Source: Actinomycetota bacterium
GTDB taxonomy: Bacteria; Actinomycetota; CADDZG01; WHSQ01
DNA: 41,685 nt
Direction: 5' to 3'
NCBI GenBank assembly: GCA_050694075.1
Contig: JBOGWZ010000001.1
Span: 1-41,685, forward strand
In this document: positions 20,498-31,321 of the stretch, in pieces
Position numbering within the stretch: the first letter of the stretch is position 1
Layout: the number at the start of each line of letters is the position of its first letter
Program-made: the position numbers and the translations under genes
Notes under the pieces: generated by a model
The model's database searches: none
What the model saw: only the letters and a program-made list of their open reading frames with translations
Told to the model about the DNA's origin: nothing

Positions 20498-21499
20498 ATG
20501 GGACAGAAGGTTCACCCCTACGGGTTCCGACTCGGGATACACACCGACTGGAAATCGCGATGGTTCACCGAGAAGCAGTACCGCGCCTATCTCGAGGCGG
20601 ACCTGAGGATCCGTCAGTACCTGCTGGGCGAGCTTCCCCACGCGGGTATAAGCCGCATCGACATCGAGCGCACGCGTGAGAGAGTGCGCATCGACGCCCA
20701 CACTGCGCGACCCGGGATCGTGATCGGCCGCCGGGGAAGTGAGGCCGAGCGTCTGCGCCGCAAGCTAGAGGAGATGGAGAGCAAGCTCTACGGCAAGCCC
20801 GTGGACGTGCGGCTGAACATCATCGAGGTCAAGCAACCAGAGCTCGACGCGCAGCTGATCGCACAGGGCGTCGCGGAACAGCTCGCCAGCCGTGTGTCGT
20901 TCCGGCGCGCGATGAAGAAGGCGGTCTCTACGGCGATGCGCGCCGGTGCAGAGGGCGTTCGCGTTCAGTGCGGCGGCCGCCTGGGAGGCACCGAGATGAG
21001 CCGGTCGGAGTGGTACATCGACGGGCAGATGCCCCTACACACGATCCGCGCCGACATCGACTACGGCCTCGCAGAGGCCCGCACGACGTTCGGCCGCATC
21101 GGCGTGAAGGTGTGGATCTACAAGGGGTACGTGGAAGACGTCTACGCCTCGGCGCGCGATGTGGCTCGGTTGCGGCGAGAAGCCGCCCTCGCGGCCGGCG
21201 AAACCGTCGGTCGCGGCGCCGATGATCGGGCGCGCAGCGCTGCGGGCGGCACGTCCCCCTCGTCACCCGAGCCCCTTAAGGGTTCCTCGGGGAACGTGCC
21301 GTCCTCGCAAGAGCAAGCTGGCGCCGCATCATCTTCTAACTCCAGGCTTGAGGGTTCGTCGGCGAACGCCTCGTCGGCTCCCGCCTCGTCCTCAGCCTCT
21401 GGTTCTCCGGAAGCAGCGGCCGAACCGGCCGATGCTTCCTCCGAAAGTCGGCCTGCGGACGAGGGCGGGGCCTCCTCGGAGCAGGAGGAGGAGAAGTAG
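20498..21499 (+). CDS. rpsC: 30S ribosomal protein S3 with a ~115-aa Ser/Ala/Glu-rich C-terminal tail
   Basis: [23 protein letters not shown].., a KH region, then ..[11 protein letters not shown]. After that comes a low-complexity tail ending in SSEQEEEK. rplP starts immediately after the stop. Confidence 0.93.
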   Translation: MGQKVHPYGFRLGIHTDWKSRWFTEKQYRAYLEADLRIRQYLLGELPHAGISRIDIERTRERVRIDAHTARPGIVIGRRGSEAERLRRKLEEMESKLYGKPVDVRLNIIEVKQPELDAQLIAQGVAEQLASRVSFRRAMKKAVSTAMRAGAEGVRVQCGGRLGGTEMSRSEWYIDGQMPLHTIRADIDYGLAEARTTFGRIGVKVWIYKGYVEDVYASARDVARLRREAALAAGETVGRGADDRARSAAGGTSPSSPEPLKGSSGNVPSSQEQAGAASSSNSRLEGSSANASSAPASSSASGSPEAAAEPADASSESRPADEGGASSEQEEEK

Positions 21500-21925
21500 A
21501 TGTTGCAGCCTAAGAAGGTCAAGCATCGCAAGCAGATGCGCGGGCGCATGCGTGGCCGTGCCAAGGGCGGCACGATCGTCAGGTTCGGCGACTTCGGACT
21601 CATGGCCCTCGAGCCTGGCTGGATCACCAACCGGCAGATAGAGGCCGCGCGTATCGCGATGACCCGGCACATCCGTCGCGGTGGGAAGGTCTGGATCAAC
21701 ATCTTTCCCGACAAGCCCGTGACCAAGAAACCCGCCGAAACCCGAATGGGGTCGGGGAAGGGGAATCCCGAGCACTGGGTGGCCGTCGTAAAGCCCGGAC
21801 GCGTGATGTTCGAGATTGCCGGTGTCCCTGAACCCCTGGCGCGCGAGGCGATCCGCCTGGCGGCCCACAAACTTCCGATCAAGTGCAAGTTCGTCTCCAG
21901 GGATCAAAGCCTGGAGGTTCAGTGA
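21500..21925 (+). CDS. rplP: 50S ribosomal protein L16
   Basis: [23 protein letters not shown]... 141 aa. Confidence 0.96.
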   Translation: MLQPKKVKHRKQMRGRMRGRAKGGTIVRFGDFGLMALEPGWITNRQIEAARIAMTRHIRRGGKVWINIFPDKPVTKKPAETRMGSGKGNPEHWVAVVKPGRVMFEIAGVPEPLAREAIRLAAHKLPIKCKFVSRDQSLEVQ

Positions 21926-22185
21926 TGGCGATCAAGGCGCGCGAGATCCGCGACCTGTCGCTGGACGAACTCCGGCAGCGACTCGACGACACGAAAGAGG
22001 AGTTGTTCAACATGCGGTTTCAGCACGCGACCGGACAACTGGACAACTACCGGCGCTTGCGCGAGCTGCGAGGTGACCTAGCCCGCCTGAACACGATCCT
22101 GAGGGAACGGGAGCTGGAAGAGGTCGGAACTGGACTCCCGGCGAGCACTCCGAATCCGGCTCCGACTGAGGAGACGAAGACATGA
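21925..22185 (+). CDS. rpmC: 50S ribosomal protein L29 (with a ~20-aa C-terminal extension)
   Basis: [39 protein letters not shown]... ATG 21925 overlaps the rplP stop (TGATG). The track ORF start at 21883 is an over-extension. Confidence 0.92.
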   Translation: MAIKAREIRDLSLDELRQRLDDTKEELFNMRFQHATGQLDNYRRLRELRGDLARLNTILRERELEEVGTGLPASTPNPAPTEETKT

Positions 22186-22460
22186 GCACCAGCGAGAAGG
22201 ACATCAAGCAGAGAGGGAGCCGCAAGGTTCGGACGGGCCACGTGGTCTCTCAGGCCATGGACAAGACGGTAGTGGTGGAGGTGCGCGAGTCGGCGGCACA
22301 TCCCACCTACGGAAAGATCGTCCGTCACAGCAGGAGGTTGAAGGCACACGACGAGCGCAGCGAAGCCTCTGTGGGAGATCTGGTGCGGATCACGGAGACA
22401 CGTCCTTTGTCCAAGACCAAGCGCTGGCGGATAGTCGAGGTTGTGGAAAAAGCGAAGTGA
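22182..22460 (+). CDS. rpsQ: 30S ribosomal protein S17
   Basis: ..[40 protein letters not shown]... ATGA overlap with rpmC. Confidence 0.94.
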   Translation: MSTSEKDIKQRGSRKVRTGHVVSQAMDKTVVVEVRESAAHPTYGKIVRHSRRLKAHDERSEASVGDLVRITETRPLSKTKRWRIVEVVEKAK

Positions 22461-22825
22461 TACAGCAGGAATCCAGGTGCCGCGTAGCAGACAACACGGG
22501 AGCCCGGGAGGTTCTCGTGATCAAGGTGCTGGGCGGATCGCGGCGCCGCTATGCGGGCATTGGCGACATCATCGTCTGCACGGTGAAGGACGCGATCCCG
22601 GGCGGCGCCGTCAAGAAGTCGGACATCGTCAAGGCGGTGGTAGTTAGAACCGCCAAGCAGCAGCGTCGGCATGACGGGTCCTACATCCGGTTCGATGACA
22701 ACGCGGTGGTGATAGTGGACAACCAGATGCAGCCACGAGGGACGCGCATCTTTGGGCCGGTGGCTCGAGAACTGCGCGACAAGCGGTTCATGAAGATCAT
22801 CTCTCTCGCCTCGGAGGTGTTGTAG
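22457..22825 (+). CDS. rplN: 50S ribosomal protein L14
   Basis: [28 protein letters not shown]... 122 aa. GTGA overlap with rpsQ. Confidence 0.96.
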   Translation: MIQQESRCRVADNTGAREVLVIKVLGGSRRRYAGIGDIIVCTVKDAIPGGAVKKSDIVKAVVVRTAKQQRRHDGSYIRFDDNAVVIVDNQMQPRGTRIFGPVARELRDKRFMKIISLASEVL

Positions 22826-23149
22826 GTGTCGGCATCCAAGATCCGCAAGGGAGACCGCGTGGCGGTGGTGGCGGGCAAGGACCTCGGTGCCGAGGGGCGC
22901 GTGCTTCAGGTGCTCCCCCGCAGGAACAAGGTCTTGGTGGAGGGGATCAATCAGGTGAGCCGCCACGAGAAGATCCGCATGTCCAGACGCGGGGCGCAGG
23001 AGGGTGGGATCACCCACAAGGAAGCGCCCCTGGACCTCTCGAACGTCGCTCTGATCTGCCCGACCGACGGGCCCACCCGCGTGGGATTTCGGCTGGAGGG
23101 GGGCGGGGCGAAGGTGCGCGTGTGCAAGAAGTGCGGGACGGAGCTGTGA
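22826..23149 (+). CDS. rplX: 50S ribosomal protein L24
   Basis: [38 protein letters not shown] (KOW). GTG start. Confidence 0.93.
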   Translation: MSASKIRKGDRVAVVAGKDLGAEGRVLQVLPRRNKVLVEGINQVSRHEKIRMSRRGAQEGGITHKEAPLDLSNVALICPTDGPTRVGFRLEGGGAKVRVCKKCGTEL

Positions 23150-23727
23150 TGGCTAAAATCGATCAAACGTACATACCGAGGTTGAGGGAGCGCTACCGGA
23201 CCGAGGTTCGTGAGCGGCTCATGCAGGAGCTTGGCCTCCGTAACGTCATGGAGGCCCCGCGACCCGAGAAGGTCGTGGTGAACATGGGGGTCGGAGAGGC
23301 ATCGCGCGACGGCAAGCTCATCGAGGGGGCGACCAAGGACCTCACGACGATCACGGGCCAGCGTCCGTCGATCCGCAGGGCCCGCAAGTCGATTGCGACC
23401 TTCAAGATCCGCCAGGGGATGCCGGTAGGAGTTGCTACGACGATACGAGGCGACCGGATGTGGGACTTCATCGACAGGCTCACCTCGATCGTGCTGCCGC
23501 GTATTCGAGACTTCCGCGGGCTCGACCCCAGGTCCTTCGACGGGCGAGGCAACTACACCTTCGGAGTCACCGAGCAGCTCGTGTTCCCTGAGGTCGATTA
23601 CGACGATATCGATGAAACCAGGGGGATGGACATCTCGATCGTCACTACGGCGAGGAACGACGAGGAGGGCCGAGCACTGTTGACTGCGCTCGGCTTTCCG
23701 TTCCGGCAGATAAGGACGGAGGGCTGA
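23149..23727 (+). CDS. rplE: 50S ribosomal protein L5
   Basis: ..[46 protein letters not shown]... ATG 23149 overlaps the rplX stop. The track start at 23122 is an over-extension. Confidence 0.95.
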   Translation: MAKIDQTYIPRLRERYRTEVRERLMQELGLRNVMEAPRPEKVVVNMGVGEASRDGKLIEGATKDLTTITGQRPSIRRARKSIATFKIRQGMPVGVATTIRGDRMWDFIDRLTSIVLPRIRDFRGLDPRSFDGRGNYTFGVTEQLVFPEVDYDDIDETRGMDISIVTTARNDEEGRALLTALGFPFRQIRTEG

Positions 23728-23912
23728 TGGCGAAGAAGGCGCTTGTCAACAAGGCCCGCAGGAAACAGAAGTTCAAGGTACGCGAGTACACGCGTTGTGT
23801 CCGATGCGGCCGACCGCGCGCGGTCTATCGCCGCTTCGGATTGTGCCGGCTGTGCTTCAGGGAGATGGCGCACAACGGCGAGATCCCGGGCATCACGAAG
23901 TCAAGCTGGTAG
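23727..23912 (+). CDS. rpsN: 30S ribosomal protein S14, short zinc-binding type Z
   Basis: 61 aa with CVRCGRP...CRLCFRE (CxxC...CxxC) and a C-terminal ITKSSW. Confidence 0.94.
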   Translation: MAKKALVNKARRKQKFKVREYTRCVRCGRPRAVYRRFGLCRLCFREMAHNGEIPGITKSSW

Positions 23913-23921
23913 GGAGCGACG

Positions 23922-24320
23922 ATGAGCATGACAGATCCGATCGCCGACATGTTGGCCCGTATCCGCAATGCCGCCTCGGCTTCGCACGAGGAGGTCACTA
24001 TCCCCGCGTCCAAGATCAAGGCGAACATCGCCAAGATCCTGGTGGAGGAGGGCTTCGCGGATGGATACGACGTCCTTGAGAACGGTGCTCACCGCTCGAT
24101 AAAGATCACGCTGCGCTATTCGGACACCCGGGAACCGGCGATCACCGGGATCCGCCGAATCAGCAAGCCCGGACGTCGTGTCTACAAGGGCGCCGACGAC
24201 CTGCCGCGGGTCCTCGGCGGTCTCGGTGTCGCCATCGTCTCGACGTCGCGCGGCGTGATGACCGATAAGCAAGCGCGCCGCGACCGAGTCGGCGGCGAGA
24301 TCCTGGCTTACGTCTGGTAG
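23922..24320 (+). CDS. rpsH: 30S ribosomal protein S8
   Basis: [17 protein letters not shown]... and ..GGEILAYVW. Confidence 0.96.
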   Translation: MSMTDPIADMLARIRNAASASHEEVTIPASKIKANIAKILVEEGFADGYDVLENGAHRSIKITLRYSDTREPAITGIRRISKPGRRVYKGADDLPRVLGGLGVAIVSTSRGVMTDKQARRDRVGGEILAYVW

Positions 24321-24332
24321 GGAGGATCGAGG

Positions 24333-24881
24333 ATGTCACGAGTAGGTTTGTCGCCGATACCGATCCCCTCCGGGGTTGAGGTGCAGATCTCTTCGGGGGC
24401 CGTGCGGGTTAAGGGCCCGAAGGGTGAGTTGCACCAGCCGATCCCTGAGGGCATCTCGGTCGAGCAGGCCGACGGCGAGCTGCGCGTGGCGCGGGCCAAC
24501 GACCAGCGAGAGGTGAGGGCCTTGCACGGCCTTATCCGAAGCCTCATCGCGAACATGGTGCGGGGGGTTACCGAGGGTTTCGAAAGGGCCTTGGAGATCC
24601 AGGGCGTCGGATACCGTGCCGCGAAGAAGGGCAACGATCTCGAGCTCACGGTCGGTTACTCACACCCCGTCAACAAGAAGGCCCCGTCGGGGATCGAGTT
24701 CGAGGTTCCCCAACCGACCCGGATCGTGGTCCGCGGTATCGACAAGGAGCTGGTGGGCCAGACGGCGGCGGAGATAAGAGCGATCCGCAAACCCGAGCCC
24801 TACAAGGGAAAGGGGATCCGCTACGAGGGTGAGCAGGTGCGCCGTAAGGCCGGCAAGGCCGCCAAGGCTGCGGCGATCTAG
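24333..24881 (+). CDS. rplF: 50S ribosomal protein L6
   Basis: [25 protein letters not shown].., ..GVGYRA.., ..[10 protein letters not shown]... Confidence 0.95.
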   Translation: MSRVGLSPIPIPSGVEVQISSGAVRVKGPKGELHQPIPEGISVEQADGELRVARANDQREVRALHGLIRSLIANMVRGVTEGFERALEIQGVGYRAAKKGNDLELTVGYSHPVNKKAPSGIEFEVPQPTRIVVRGIDKELVGQTAAEIRAIRKPEPYKGKGIRYEGEQVRRKAGKAAKAAAI

Positions 24882-24889
24882 GAGTGCTC

Positions 24890-25240
24890 ATGGGAACCGA
24901 GCAGAAGGTAAGGAAGCTGAGAAGGCGCCACAGGCGCGTGCGCAAGAAGGTGTTCGGCACGCCCGAGCGCCCTCGCCTCGCCGTATATCGGAGCAGCCGC
25001 CACATCTACGCGCAGCTGATCGACGACGTCTCAGGTCATACCGTTGCCGCCGCGTCCAGCTTGAAGGATGCCGACGGCGAGGACCCGAAGGCGCGGGCAA
25101 AGGCCGTCGGGGTATCTCTCGCTCAGCGGGCGAAGAAGGCGGGCGTGAGCCGCGTGGCCTTCGACCGAGGCGGCTTCAAGTTCCACGGTCGCGTTGCGAA
25201 GGTCGCAGAGGGCGCCCGCGAGGGCGGCTTGGAGTTTTAG
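24890..25240 (+). CDS. rplR: 50S ribosomal protein L18
   Basis: ..[35 protein letters not shown]... ATG 24890 lies 5 nt after AGGAG (24880-24884). GTG 24884 is the alternative start. Confidence 0.94.
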   Translation: MGTEQKVRKLRRRHRRVRKKVFGTPERPRLAVYRSSRHIYAQLIDDVSGHTVAAASSLKDADGEDPKARAKAVGVSLAQRAKKAGVSRVAFDRGGFKFHGRVAKVAEGAREGGLEF

Positions 25241-25261
25241 GACACCGAGGAAGGAGAGCAA

Positions 25262-25837
25262 TTGGCACGAGGAGGATCGCGTTCCACCGGACGGTTCGGT
25301 AGAGCCGATGACGACCGGGCGCAGTACGAGGAGAGAGTCGTATCCATCAATCGAGTCGCCAAGGTCGTGAAGGGTGGCCGCCGGTTCTCGTTCACAGCGC
25401 TCATCGTGGTCGGCGACGGCCAGGGGCAGGTGGGGGTCGGATACGGGAAGGCCAGAGAGGTCCCCGCTGCGATCCAGAAGGGCATCGAGGAAGCGAAGCG
25501 AAGCTTCTTCCGGGTCCCGATGGTGGGTCAGACGATCACTCACGAGATCGTCGGCGAGGACTCCGCCGCCGTCGTCCTGCTGAAGCCGGCATCCCCCGGG
25601 ACCGGCGTCATCGCGGGTGGTCCGGTCCGGGCCGTGATCGAATGTGCGGGCATCCGAGACGTTCTCTCGAAATCGCTGGGATCCGGCAACGCGATCAACA
25701 TCATCCACGCCACGGTGAAGGCGCTGAAGGAGCTCAAGACCGCCGACCAGGTGGCCAAGACGAGAGGGAAGACGCCCGACGAGGTGGCTCCTCCCTATCT
25801 CTTGCGCGACGCGTCGCCCTCGGGGGTGCAAAGGTAG
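25262..25837 (+). CDS. rpsE: 30S ribosomal protein S5
   Basis: ..[50 protein letters not shown]... TTG start after GGAAGGAG. Confidence 0.94.
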   Translation: MARGGSRSTGRFGRADDDRAQYEERVVSINRVAKVVKGGRRFSFTALIVVGDGQGQVGVGYGKAREVPAAIQKGIEEAKRSFFRVPMVGQTITHEIVGEDSAAVVLLKPASPGTGVIAGGPVRAVIECAGIRDVLSKSLGSGNAINIIHATVKALKELKTADQVAKTRGKTPDEVAPPYLLRDASPSGVQR

Positions 25838-25840
25838 GAG

Positions 25841-26098
25841 ATGGCAAAGCTGAAGGTGACCCAGAACCGGTCCGTCATGGCTCGCGGCTCCAAGCAGAGG
25901 GGCACGATGCGAGCACTCGGCATCAAGCGTGTTGGACAATCGGTGATCCACGACGATAAGCCGGAGATTCGGGGCATGATTGCCGCCGTGGGTCATTTGG
26001 TGACAGTTGAAGAGGTAAAAACAGGAGGGGGAAGGGGGGAACCAGTGAGGCGCCTTGGCGCCGGGGTTCCCCCGAAAGAGGGGAAGAAGAGATCGTGA
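25841..26098 (+). CDS. rpmD: 50S ribosomal protein L30 (with a ~25-aa C-terminal extension)
   Basis: [50 protein letters not shown]. The tail overlaps the rplO start (GTGA). Confidence 0.9.
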   Translation: MAKLKVTQNRSVMARGSKQRGTMRALGIKRVGQSVIHDDKPEIRGMIAAVGHLVTVEEVKTGGGRGEPVRRLGAGVPPKEGKKRS

Positions 26099-26547
26099 AG
26101 CCACACGAATTGCAGCCCGCCGACGGTGCCCGCACGCGCCGCAAACGCGTGGGCCGCGGCGAAGGCTCCGGATACGGCAAGACCGCGGGCCGCGGCACCA
26201 AGGGGACGAAGGCGCGCGGGAAGGTAAATCCGTTCTTCGAGGGCGGTCAGATGCCCCTGGTCCGTCGCGTTCCGAAGCTGAAGGGTTTCAAGCCGCCCGT
26301 TCGAAAGGACTACGGCACGGTCAACGTCGGGGACATCGCGGCCCTGAAAGGAGACGCGATCGGTCCGGAGGAGCTGAGGGCCACCGGGCTCATCCACAAG
26401 CGTCATGCTCTGGTCAAGGTCCTCGGCGACGGCGAGCTTCAGCGGGCGGTCACGGTGCGGGCGCACGCCTTCAGTGAGTCGGCTCGCTCCAAGATCGAAT
26501 CCGCCGGAGGAAAGGCTGAGGTAGTGGAGGAGAGGACGACCAAGTGA
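26095..26547 (+). CDS. rplO: 50S ribosomal protein L15
   Basis: ..[40 protein letters not shown]... Confidence 0.95.
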   Translation: MKPHELQPADGARTRRKRVGRGEGSGYGKTAGRGTKGTKARGKVNPFFEGGQMPLVRRVPKLKGFKPPVRKDYGTVNVGDIAALKGDAIGPEELRATGLIHKRHALVKVLGDGELQRAVTVRAHAFSESARSKIESAGGKAEVVEERTTK

Positions 26548-27842
26548 ACCTGCTCGGCGCATTCGTAAACGCCTTCAAGGTCCCAGACCTTCGCAAGAAG
26601 ATCCTGTTCACCCTTTTCATCATCGCGGTGTACCGCCTCGGATCTCACGTCCCGGCCCCCGGGATCGACGTCCAGGCGGCGCAACAGTTCGCCGCGCAGG
26701 CTCAGGGCGGCATCCTGTCCTTCATAAACCTGTTCTCGGGCGGAGCCCTGACTCAGATGGCGGTCTTTGCGCTCGGGATCATGCCCTACATCACCTCGTC
26801 GATCATCATGCAGCTCCTAACGGTTGTGATCCCGAAACTCGAGGCCTGGTCCAAGGAAGGGGAAAGTGGTCACAAGAAGATCACCCAGTGGACGCGCTAT
26901 CTCACGGTTGTTCTCGCCTTGATGCAGTCGACCGGACTCGCGTTCCTGATGCATCAGGGCCGGCTCGGCCAGACGGGGGCGGACATCGGTGTGGACCTCA
27001 TCCCCAACTTCGGCCCTGGGCGCGTGGCCCTCATCGTGCTCTCCCTGACGGCCGGCACCGCCTTGATCATGTGGCTGGGCGAGCTCATCACGCAACGAGG
27101 CATAGGCAACGGCATGTCGGTGCTGATCTTCACCTCGGTGGTCTCGACCTTTCCGAGCGAAGGCAACGCGATCCTCGAGCAGAAAGGCATGGGCCCCTTC
27201 CTCGGGATCCTGTTGATCGGAATAGGGGTCATCGTGGCGATCGTTTTCATGGAGCAGGGTCAGAGGCGGATCCCCGTCCAGTACGCGAAGCGGGTGGTTG
27301 GCAGGAGGATGTACGGGGGCTCTTCGACCTACATCCCGCTGAAGGTGAACCAGGCGGGCGTTATCCCGATCATCTTCGCTTCGAGTGTTCTCTATATCCC
27401 GGTTCTCTTGCAGAACGTGTTCCAGAACCAGGGCATACAGAACTTCATCGAACGGCACCTGGTCGATCCGCGTGCCGCGACCTACATGATCCTCTACGGA
27501 TTGATGGTGGTCTTCTTCGCTTACTTCTATACGGCAATCACGTTCAATCCGGTGGATGTTTCCGACAATATGAAGAAGTACGGGGGTTTCATTCCCGGCA
27601 TCCGGCCCGGCCGGCAGACCGCTGAGTATCTCGATCGCATCCTGACGCGAATCACGCTGCCGGGCGCCCTATTCATCGCGGCCATAGCGCTGATGCCGTC
27701 TATCTTCCTCGCCGCGTACAACGTCAACCAGCTGCCCTTCGGGGGGACGTCGATCCTCATCGCGGTCGGTGTGACGTTGGAGACGATGAAACAGATCGAG
27801 TCGCAGCTGATGATGCGTCACTATGAAGGCTTCCTCAAGTGA
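26544..27842 (+). CDS. secY: Preprotein translocase subunit SecY
   Basis: 432 aa and multi-TM. ..[27 protein letters not shown].., ..[15 protein letters not shown]... GTGA overlap with rplO. Confidence 0.96.
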   Translation: MNLLGAFVNAFKVPDLRKKILFTLFIIAVYRLGSHVPAPGIDVQAAQQFAAQAQGGILSFINLFSGGALTQMAVFALGIMPYITSSIIMQLLTVVIPKLEAWSKEGESGHKKITQWTRYLTVVLALMQSTGLAFLMHQGRLGQTGADIGVDLIPNFGPGRVALIVLSLTAGTALIMWLGELITQRGIGNGMSVLIFTSVVSTFPSEGNAILEQKGMGPFLGILLIGIGVIVAIVFMEQGQRRIPVQYAKRVVGRRMYGGSSTYIPLKVNQAGVIPIIFASSVLYIPVLLQNVFQNQGIQNFIERHLVDPRAATYMILYGLMVVFFAYFYTAITFNPVDVSDNMKKYGGFIPGIRPGRQTAEYLDRILTRITLPGALFIAAIALMPSIFLAAYNVNQLPFGGTSILIAVGVTLETMKQIESQLMMRHYEGFLK

Positions 27843-27849
27843 CCCCTCG

Positions 27850-28485
27850 ATGCGGCTGATCATCTTCGGCCCCCAGGGCGCAGGTAAGGGAACCCAGGCA
27901 GAACGCATCTCCGAGAAGTACAACGTTCCTGTGATCGCGACGGGGGACATCTTCCGATGGGCGATCTCCGAGGGCTCACCGTTGGGAGACCGCGCTGAGC
28001 AGTTCGTCGAAGCAGGCAAGCTCGTCCCGGACGACGTCACGATCGGGGTCATGCGAGAGCGGCTGGGAGCCGCCGATGCCATGGACGGTTTCGTTCTGGA
28101 CGGCTTTCCGCGGAATCTGCAGCAAGCGAAGGCGCTCGAGGAGATCCTCACCGAGAGAGGGGTCGAGCTCGACGCCGCGATCGTCATCGAAGCGCCTGAG
28201 GAGGTCTCGGTCCGCCGCCTGCTCGGGCGCCGGGTCTGCTCGAGTTGTGGACGGAATTACCACGTGGACGTGCCTCCCAAGGAGGACTGGAAGTGCGACG
28301 CTTGCGGCGGCGACGTTGTGCCCCGCAATGACGACAACGACGAGGCGATCAAGGAGCGTCTCCGCCTCTACCATGAGCAGACAGAACCTCTGCGCGAGCA
28401 CTATGAGCAGCAGGGTGTGCTGCGAGTCATCGATGGCGTCGGCTCGCCGGACAAGGTATTCGAGCGGATCGCAGCCGTCCTGTGA
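27850..28485 (+). CDS. adk: Adenylate kinase with a four-Cys zinc lid
   Basis: MRLIIFGPQGAGKGTQA (P-loop). Lid: CSSCGRNYH...CDACGGDVVPRNDD. ATG 27850 is in frame. The track start at 27823 overlaps secY. Confidence 0.94.
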   Translation: MRLIIFGPQGAGKGTQAERISEKYNVPVIATGDIFRWAISEGSPLGDRAEQFVEAGKLVPDDVTIGVMRERLGAADAMDGFVLDGFPRNLQQAKALEEILTERGVELDAAIVIEAPEEVSVRRLLGRRVCSSCGRNYHVDVPPKEDWKCDACGGDVVPRNDDNDEAIKERLRLYHEQTEPLREHYEQQGVLRVIDGVGSPDKVFERIAAVL

Positions 28486-28495
28486 CGTGGTCCAC

Positions 28496-29269
28496 ATGAT
28501 CTACAAGAAATCGCCACAGGAGATCGAGATCATGCGGCGAGGGGGCAGGATCCTCGCCGATGTTCTCAACCGGATCGAGGATGCTCTACGTCCGGGGATC
28601 ACCACCGCGGAGCTCGACCGCATCGCGGAAGAGGCGATCACCTCAGCCGGCGCGCGTCCGTCCTTCAAGGGATACAGAGGATTTCCCGCGTCGATCTGCA
28701 CTTCGCCCAACGAGGTGATCGTGCACGGGATCCCGGACGACACCGTCGTAGACGAGGGGGACATCATCTCGGTGGACGTGGGGGTTCTGTACGAGGGCTT
28801 GCACGTGGACTCTGCGTGGACGCTCCCGGTGGGTGAGGTCGCGCCCGACGTCGCTCGGCTTCTGCGGGTGACGGAGGAGGCGTTGGGGGCGGGGATCGCC
28901 CAGGTCGCACCGGGACGTCGGATCGGCGACATCGGCCACGCGGTCCAGCAGGCGGCCGAGGCGGCGGGTTTCTCCGTGGTTCGTGAGTACGTGGGCCATG
29001 GCGTCGGGCGCGCCTTGCACGAGCAGCCGCAGATCCCCAACTACGGTCCCCCGGGGCGCCGTGAGCTTCTCGGGGTAGGCATGGTGCTTGCCATCGAGCC
29101 GATGGTGAACGCCGGCGGTGCCGGGACCCGGGCCCTGGACGACGGCTGGACCGTGGTAACCGCCGACGGGGGTCTCTCGGCCCACTTCGAGCACACCGTC
29201 GCCGTGGTCCCGGAGGGTCATGAGGTTCTGACTCCACGCGAGACGAAGGAAGCTCTTCGTGCAGGCTGA
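28496..29269 (+). CDS. map: Methionine aminopeptidase type I
   Basis: [20 protein letters not shown].., ..[22 protein letters not shown].., ..HGVGRALHE.., ..EPM...EHTV... ATG 28496 is in frame with the over-extended track ORF 28076-29269. Confidence 0.94.
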   Translation: MIYKKSPQEIEIMRRGGRILADVLNRIEDALRPGITTAELDRIAEEAITSAGARPSFKGYRGFPASICTSPNEVIVHGIPDDTVVDEGDIISVDVGVLYEGLHVDSAWTLPVGEVAPDVARLLRVTEEALGAGIAQVAPGRRIGDIGHAVQQAAEAAGFSVVREYVGHGVGRALHEQPQIPNYGPPGRRELLGVGMVLAIEPMVNAGGAGTRALDDGWTVVTADGGLSAHFEHTVAVVPEGHEVLTPRETKEALRAG

Positions 29270-29416
29270 GGCCGCACCGAGCTTGGATCTCTTGTCCACC
29301 GACTTCGCCCGTCTCGACCTGGGAAAACCGTCTGTTATCCTTACGGGTCGGCCCGAGCTGGGTCGGGACGGAATCTGGTCTCTCGCCGGTGATCTGGTTC
29401 CGATGCCGGAATGTTG

Positions 29417-29436
29417 CGCCCCCGAGGGGGCGTTTT
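29417..29436 (+). terminator. Intrinsic-terminator-like hairpin with a U-tract between map and infA
   Basis: cgcccc-cgag-ggggcg (6-bp GC stem, 4-nt loop; 29417-29432) followed by tttt (29433-29436). Confidence 0.45.
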
Positions 29437-29487
29437 GCATGGTCGGTCAACAAGGCAGCCCGGTCGTCAATCCAGGTGGTCGAACGC

Positions 29488-29730
29488 GTGGCAAAGAACA
29501 AGGAGAAGGGCGCCCAGAAGGAAGAGGGCATCCAGATCGAGGGGACGGTCATCGAGACCCTTCCCAACGCGATGTTCCGTGTCGAGCTGGACAACGGCCA
29601 TCGGGTGCTCGCCCACATCTCGGGCAAGATGCGGATGCACTACATCCGCATCCTTCCCGGAGACCGGGTGCTCGTCGAGCTCTCCCCGTACGACCTGACC
29701 AGGGGTCGGGTCATCTATCGCTACAAGTAG
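29488..29730 (+). CDS. infA: Translation initiation factor IF-1
   Basis: ..[66 protein letters not shown]. In-frame GTG 29488 lies 8 nt after AGGTGG. The track start at 29389 is an over-extension. Confidence 0.93.
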   Translation: MAKNKEKGAQKEEGIQIEGTVIETLPNAMFRVELDNGHRVLAHISGKMRMHYIRILPGDRVLVELSPYDLTRGRVIYRYK

Positions 29731-29740
29731 GAAAGAGCGG

Positions 29741-29854
29741 ATGAAGGTGCGCCCGAGCGTCAAGAAGATGTGCGACAAGTGCAAGATCATCCGCAGGCGC
29801 GGGCGCGTGATGGTGATCTGTTCGAACCCCCGACACAAGCAGCGCCAAGGCTAA
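29741..29854 (+). CDS. rpmJ: 50S ribosomal protein L36 (zinc-binding form)
   Basis: Not in the ORF track because it is too short. Own translation: [37 protein letters not shown] followed by TAA. Canonical position between infA and rpsM. Confidence 0.93.
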   Translation: MKVRPSVKKMCDKCKIIRRRGRVMVICSNPRHKQRQG

Positions 29855-29863
29855 GGAGAGAAT

Positions 29864-30247
29864 GTGGCTCGGATAGCGGGTGTCGATCTGCCGAGGGAGA
29901 AGCGCCTCGACTTCGGCTTGACCTACATCTACGGGATCGGCCGTACGAAGGCGACGGACACCTGTGTGGGTGCGCGCGTCGACCCGGCTACACGGGTGCG
30001 CGACCTCACCGACGAGGAGATCGTCCGCATCCGGGACTGGATCAGCTCGAGTTATTCGGTCGAGGGCGACCTGCGGCGTGAGGTCAACCAGAACATCAAA
30101 CGCAAGGTCGAGAACGGCTCGTACCAGGGTCTCCGGCATCGGAGGGGTCTCCCCGTTCGGGGTCAGCGCACGCATACGAACGCGCGCACCCGTAAGGGAC
30201 CTCGGAAGACGGTAGCCGGGAAGAAGAAGACCAAGGCAAAGAAGTAG
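29864..30247 (+). CDS. rpsM: 30S ribosomal protein S13
   Basis: [26 protein letters not shown]... GTG start. Confidence 0.95.
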   Translation: MARIAGVDLPREKRLDFGLTYIYGIGRTKATDTCVGARVDPATRVRDLTDEEIVRIRDWISSSYSVEGDLRREVNQNIKRKVENGSYQGLRHRRGLPVRGQRTHTNARTRKGPRKTVAGKKKTKAKK

Positions 30248-30266
30248 GAAGGACGGAGAGTAGAGC

Positions 30267-30659
30267 TTGGCAACGAAGAAATCTAAGAAACCACGCCGTA
30301 AGGAGAAGAAGAACATCGTGCACGGCGTCGCCCATATCAAGGCGACGTTCAACAACACGGTCATCTCGATCTCCGACCTCGAGGGAAACGTGATCTCGTG
30401 GGCCTCCGCCGGCAACGTCGGCTTCAAGGGCTCGCGTAAGTCGACCCCCTTCGCGGCGCAACTGGCGGCCGAAGCCGCCTCGCGGCGCGCTCAGGAGCAC
30501 GGCGTGCGCAGGGTGGAGGTGCAGGTCAAGGGGCCCGGTTCCGGACGAGAGACCGCGATCCGGTCGCTCCAGGCCTCGGGTCTTGAGGTGCTCGGGATCA
30601 AGGATGTGACGCCGGTGCCACACAACGGGTGTCGCCCACGCAAGCGCAGGCGGGTGTAA
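30267..30659 (+). CDS. rpsK: 30S ribosomal protein S11
   Basis: ..[44 protein letters not shown]... TTG start. Confidence 0.95.
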   Translation: MATKKSKKPRRKEKKNIVHGVAHIKATFNNTVISISDLEGNVISWASAGNVGFKGSRKSTPFAAQLAAEAASRRAQEHGVRRVEVQVKGPGSGRETAIRSLQASGLEVLGIKDVTPVPHNGCRPRKRRRV

Positions 30660-30666
30660 GAGCACG

Positions 30667-31293
30667 ATGGCGCGCTATACCGGGCCGGTCTGCAAGCTGT
30701 GTCGCCGCGAGCGAATGAAGCTGTTTCTCAAGGGCACGCGCTGCGAGTCGCCGAAGTGCCCGATCGAAAAGGGTCGGCCGCCCCCCGGGGAGCACGGTCG
30801 CGGCCGCGTGCGCGAGAGCGAGTATCTGCTTCAGCTTCGGGAGAAGCAGAAGGCCAAGCGCTTCTACGGGATCCTGGAGCGTCAGTTCCGCCACTACTAC
30901 CAAGAGGCAGCCCGCTCCAAGGGCGTCACCGGCGAAGAGCTGATGCGGATCTGCGAGTCCCGCCTCGACAACGTGGTCTTTCGGTCGGGGTTCGCCATGA
31001 ACCGCGCGATGGGCCGACAGCTCGTTTCCCATGGACACTTCGAGGTCAATGGACGCAAGGTGAACATCCCCTCCTATCGGGTGAAGCCCGGAGACGTGGT
31101 CTCGGTACGCACCCGCTCCAAGAAGATGGGGCGGATCGTGGAGAACTCCGCCTACGCCAAGGGACGAGAGATACCGGGCTGGCTTGGATCCGATCTGACG
31201 GCACTGAAGGTTGAGGTGAGATCGCTACCGGAGCGGGACCAGATCGACGCTCCCGTCCAGGAGCAACTCATCGTCGAGTACTACTCGAAGTAG
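30667..31293 (+). CDS. rpsD: 30S ribosomal protein S4
   Basis: MARYTGPVCKLCRRERMKLFLKGTRC... and an S4 RNA-binding domain (..RLDNVVFRSGFA..R..ARQLV.HGH..VNG..V). Confidence 0.95.
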   Translation: MARYTGPVCKLCRRERMKLFLKGTRCESPKCPIEKGRPPPGEHGRGRVRESEYLLQLREKQKAKRFYGILERQFRHYYQEAARSKGVTGEELMRICESRLDNVVFRSGFAMNRAMGRQLVSHGHFEVNGRKVNIPSYRVKPGDVVSVRTRSKKMGRIVENSAYAKGREIPGWLGSDLTALKVEVRSLPERDQIDAPVQEQLIVEYYSK

Positions 31294-31321
31294 TTCTTTC
31301 GCAAGGCGAGAGAGGAGTTAG

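Noticed and set aside
23727-23912. Zinc-ribbon (C+) forms of S14 and L36 plus a Zn-lid adenylate kinase, considered as a possible zinc-economy signal.
   Set aside because: The C+ forms are the default housekeeping versions. No C- paralogues and no Zur box are visible in this window, so there is nothing unusual to report.
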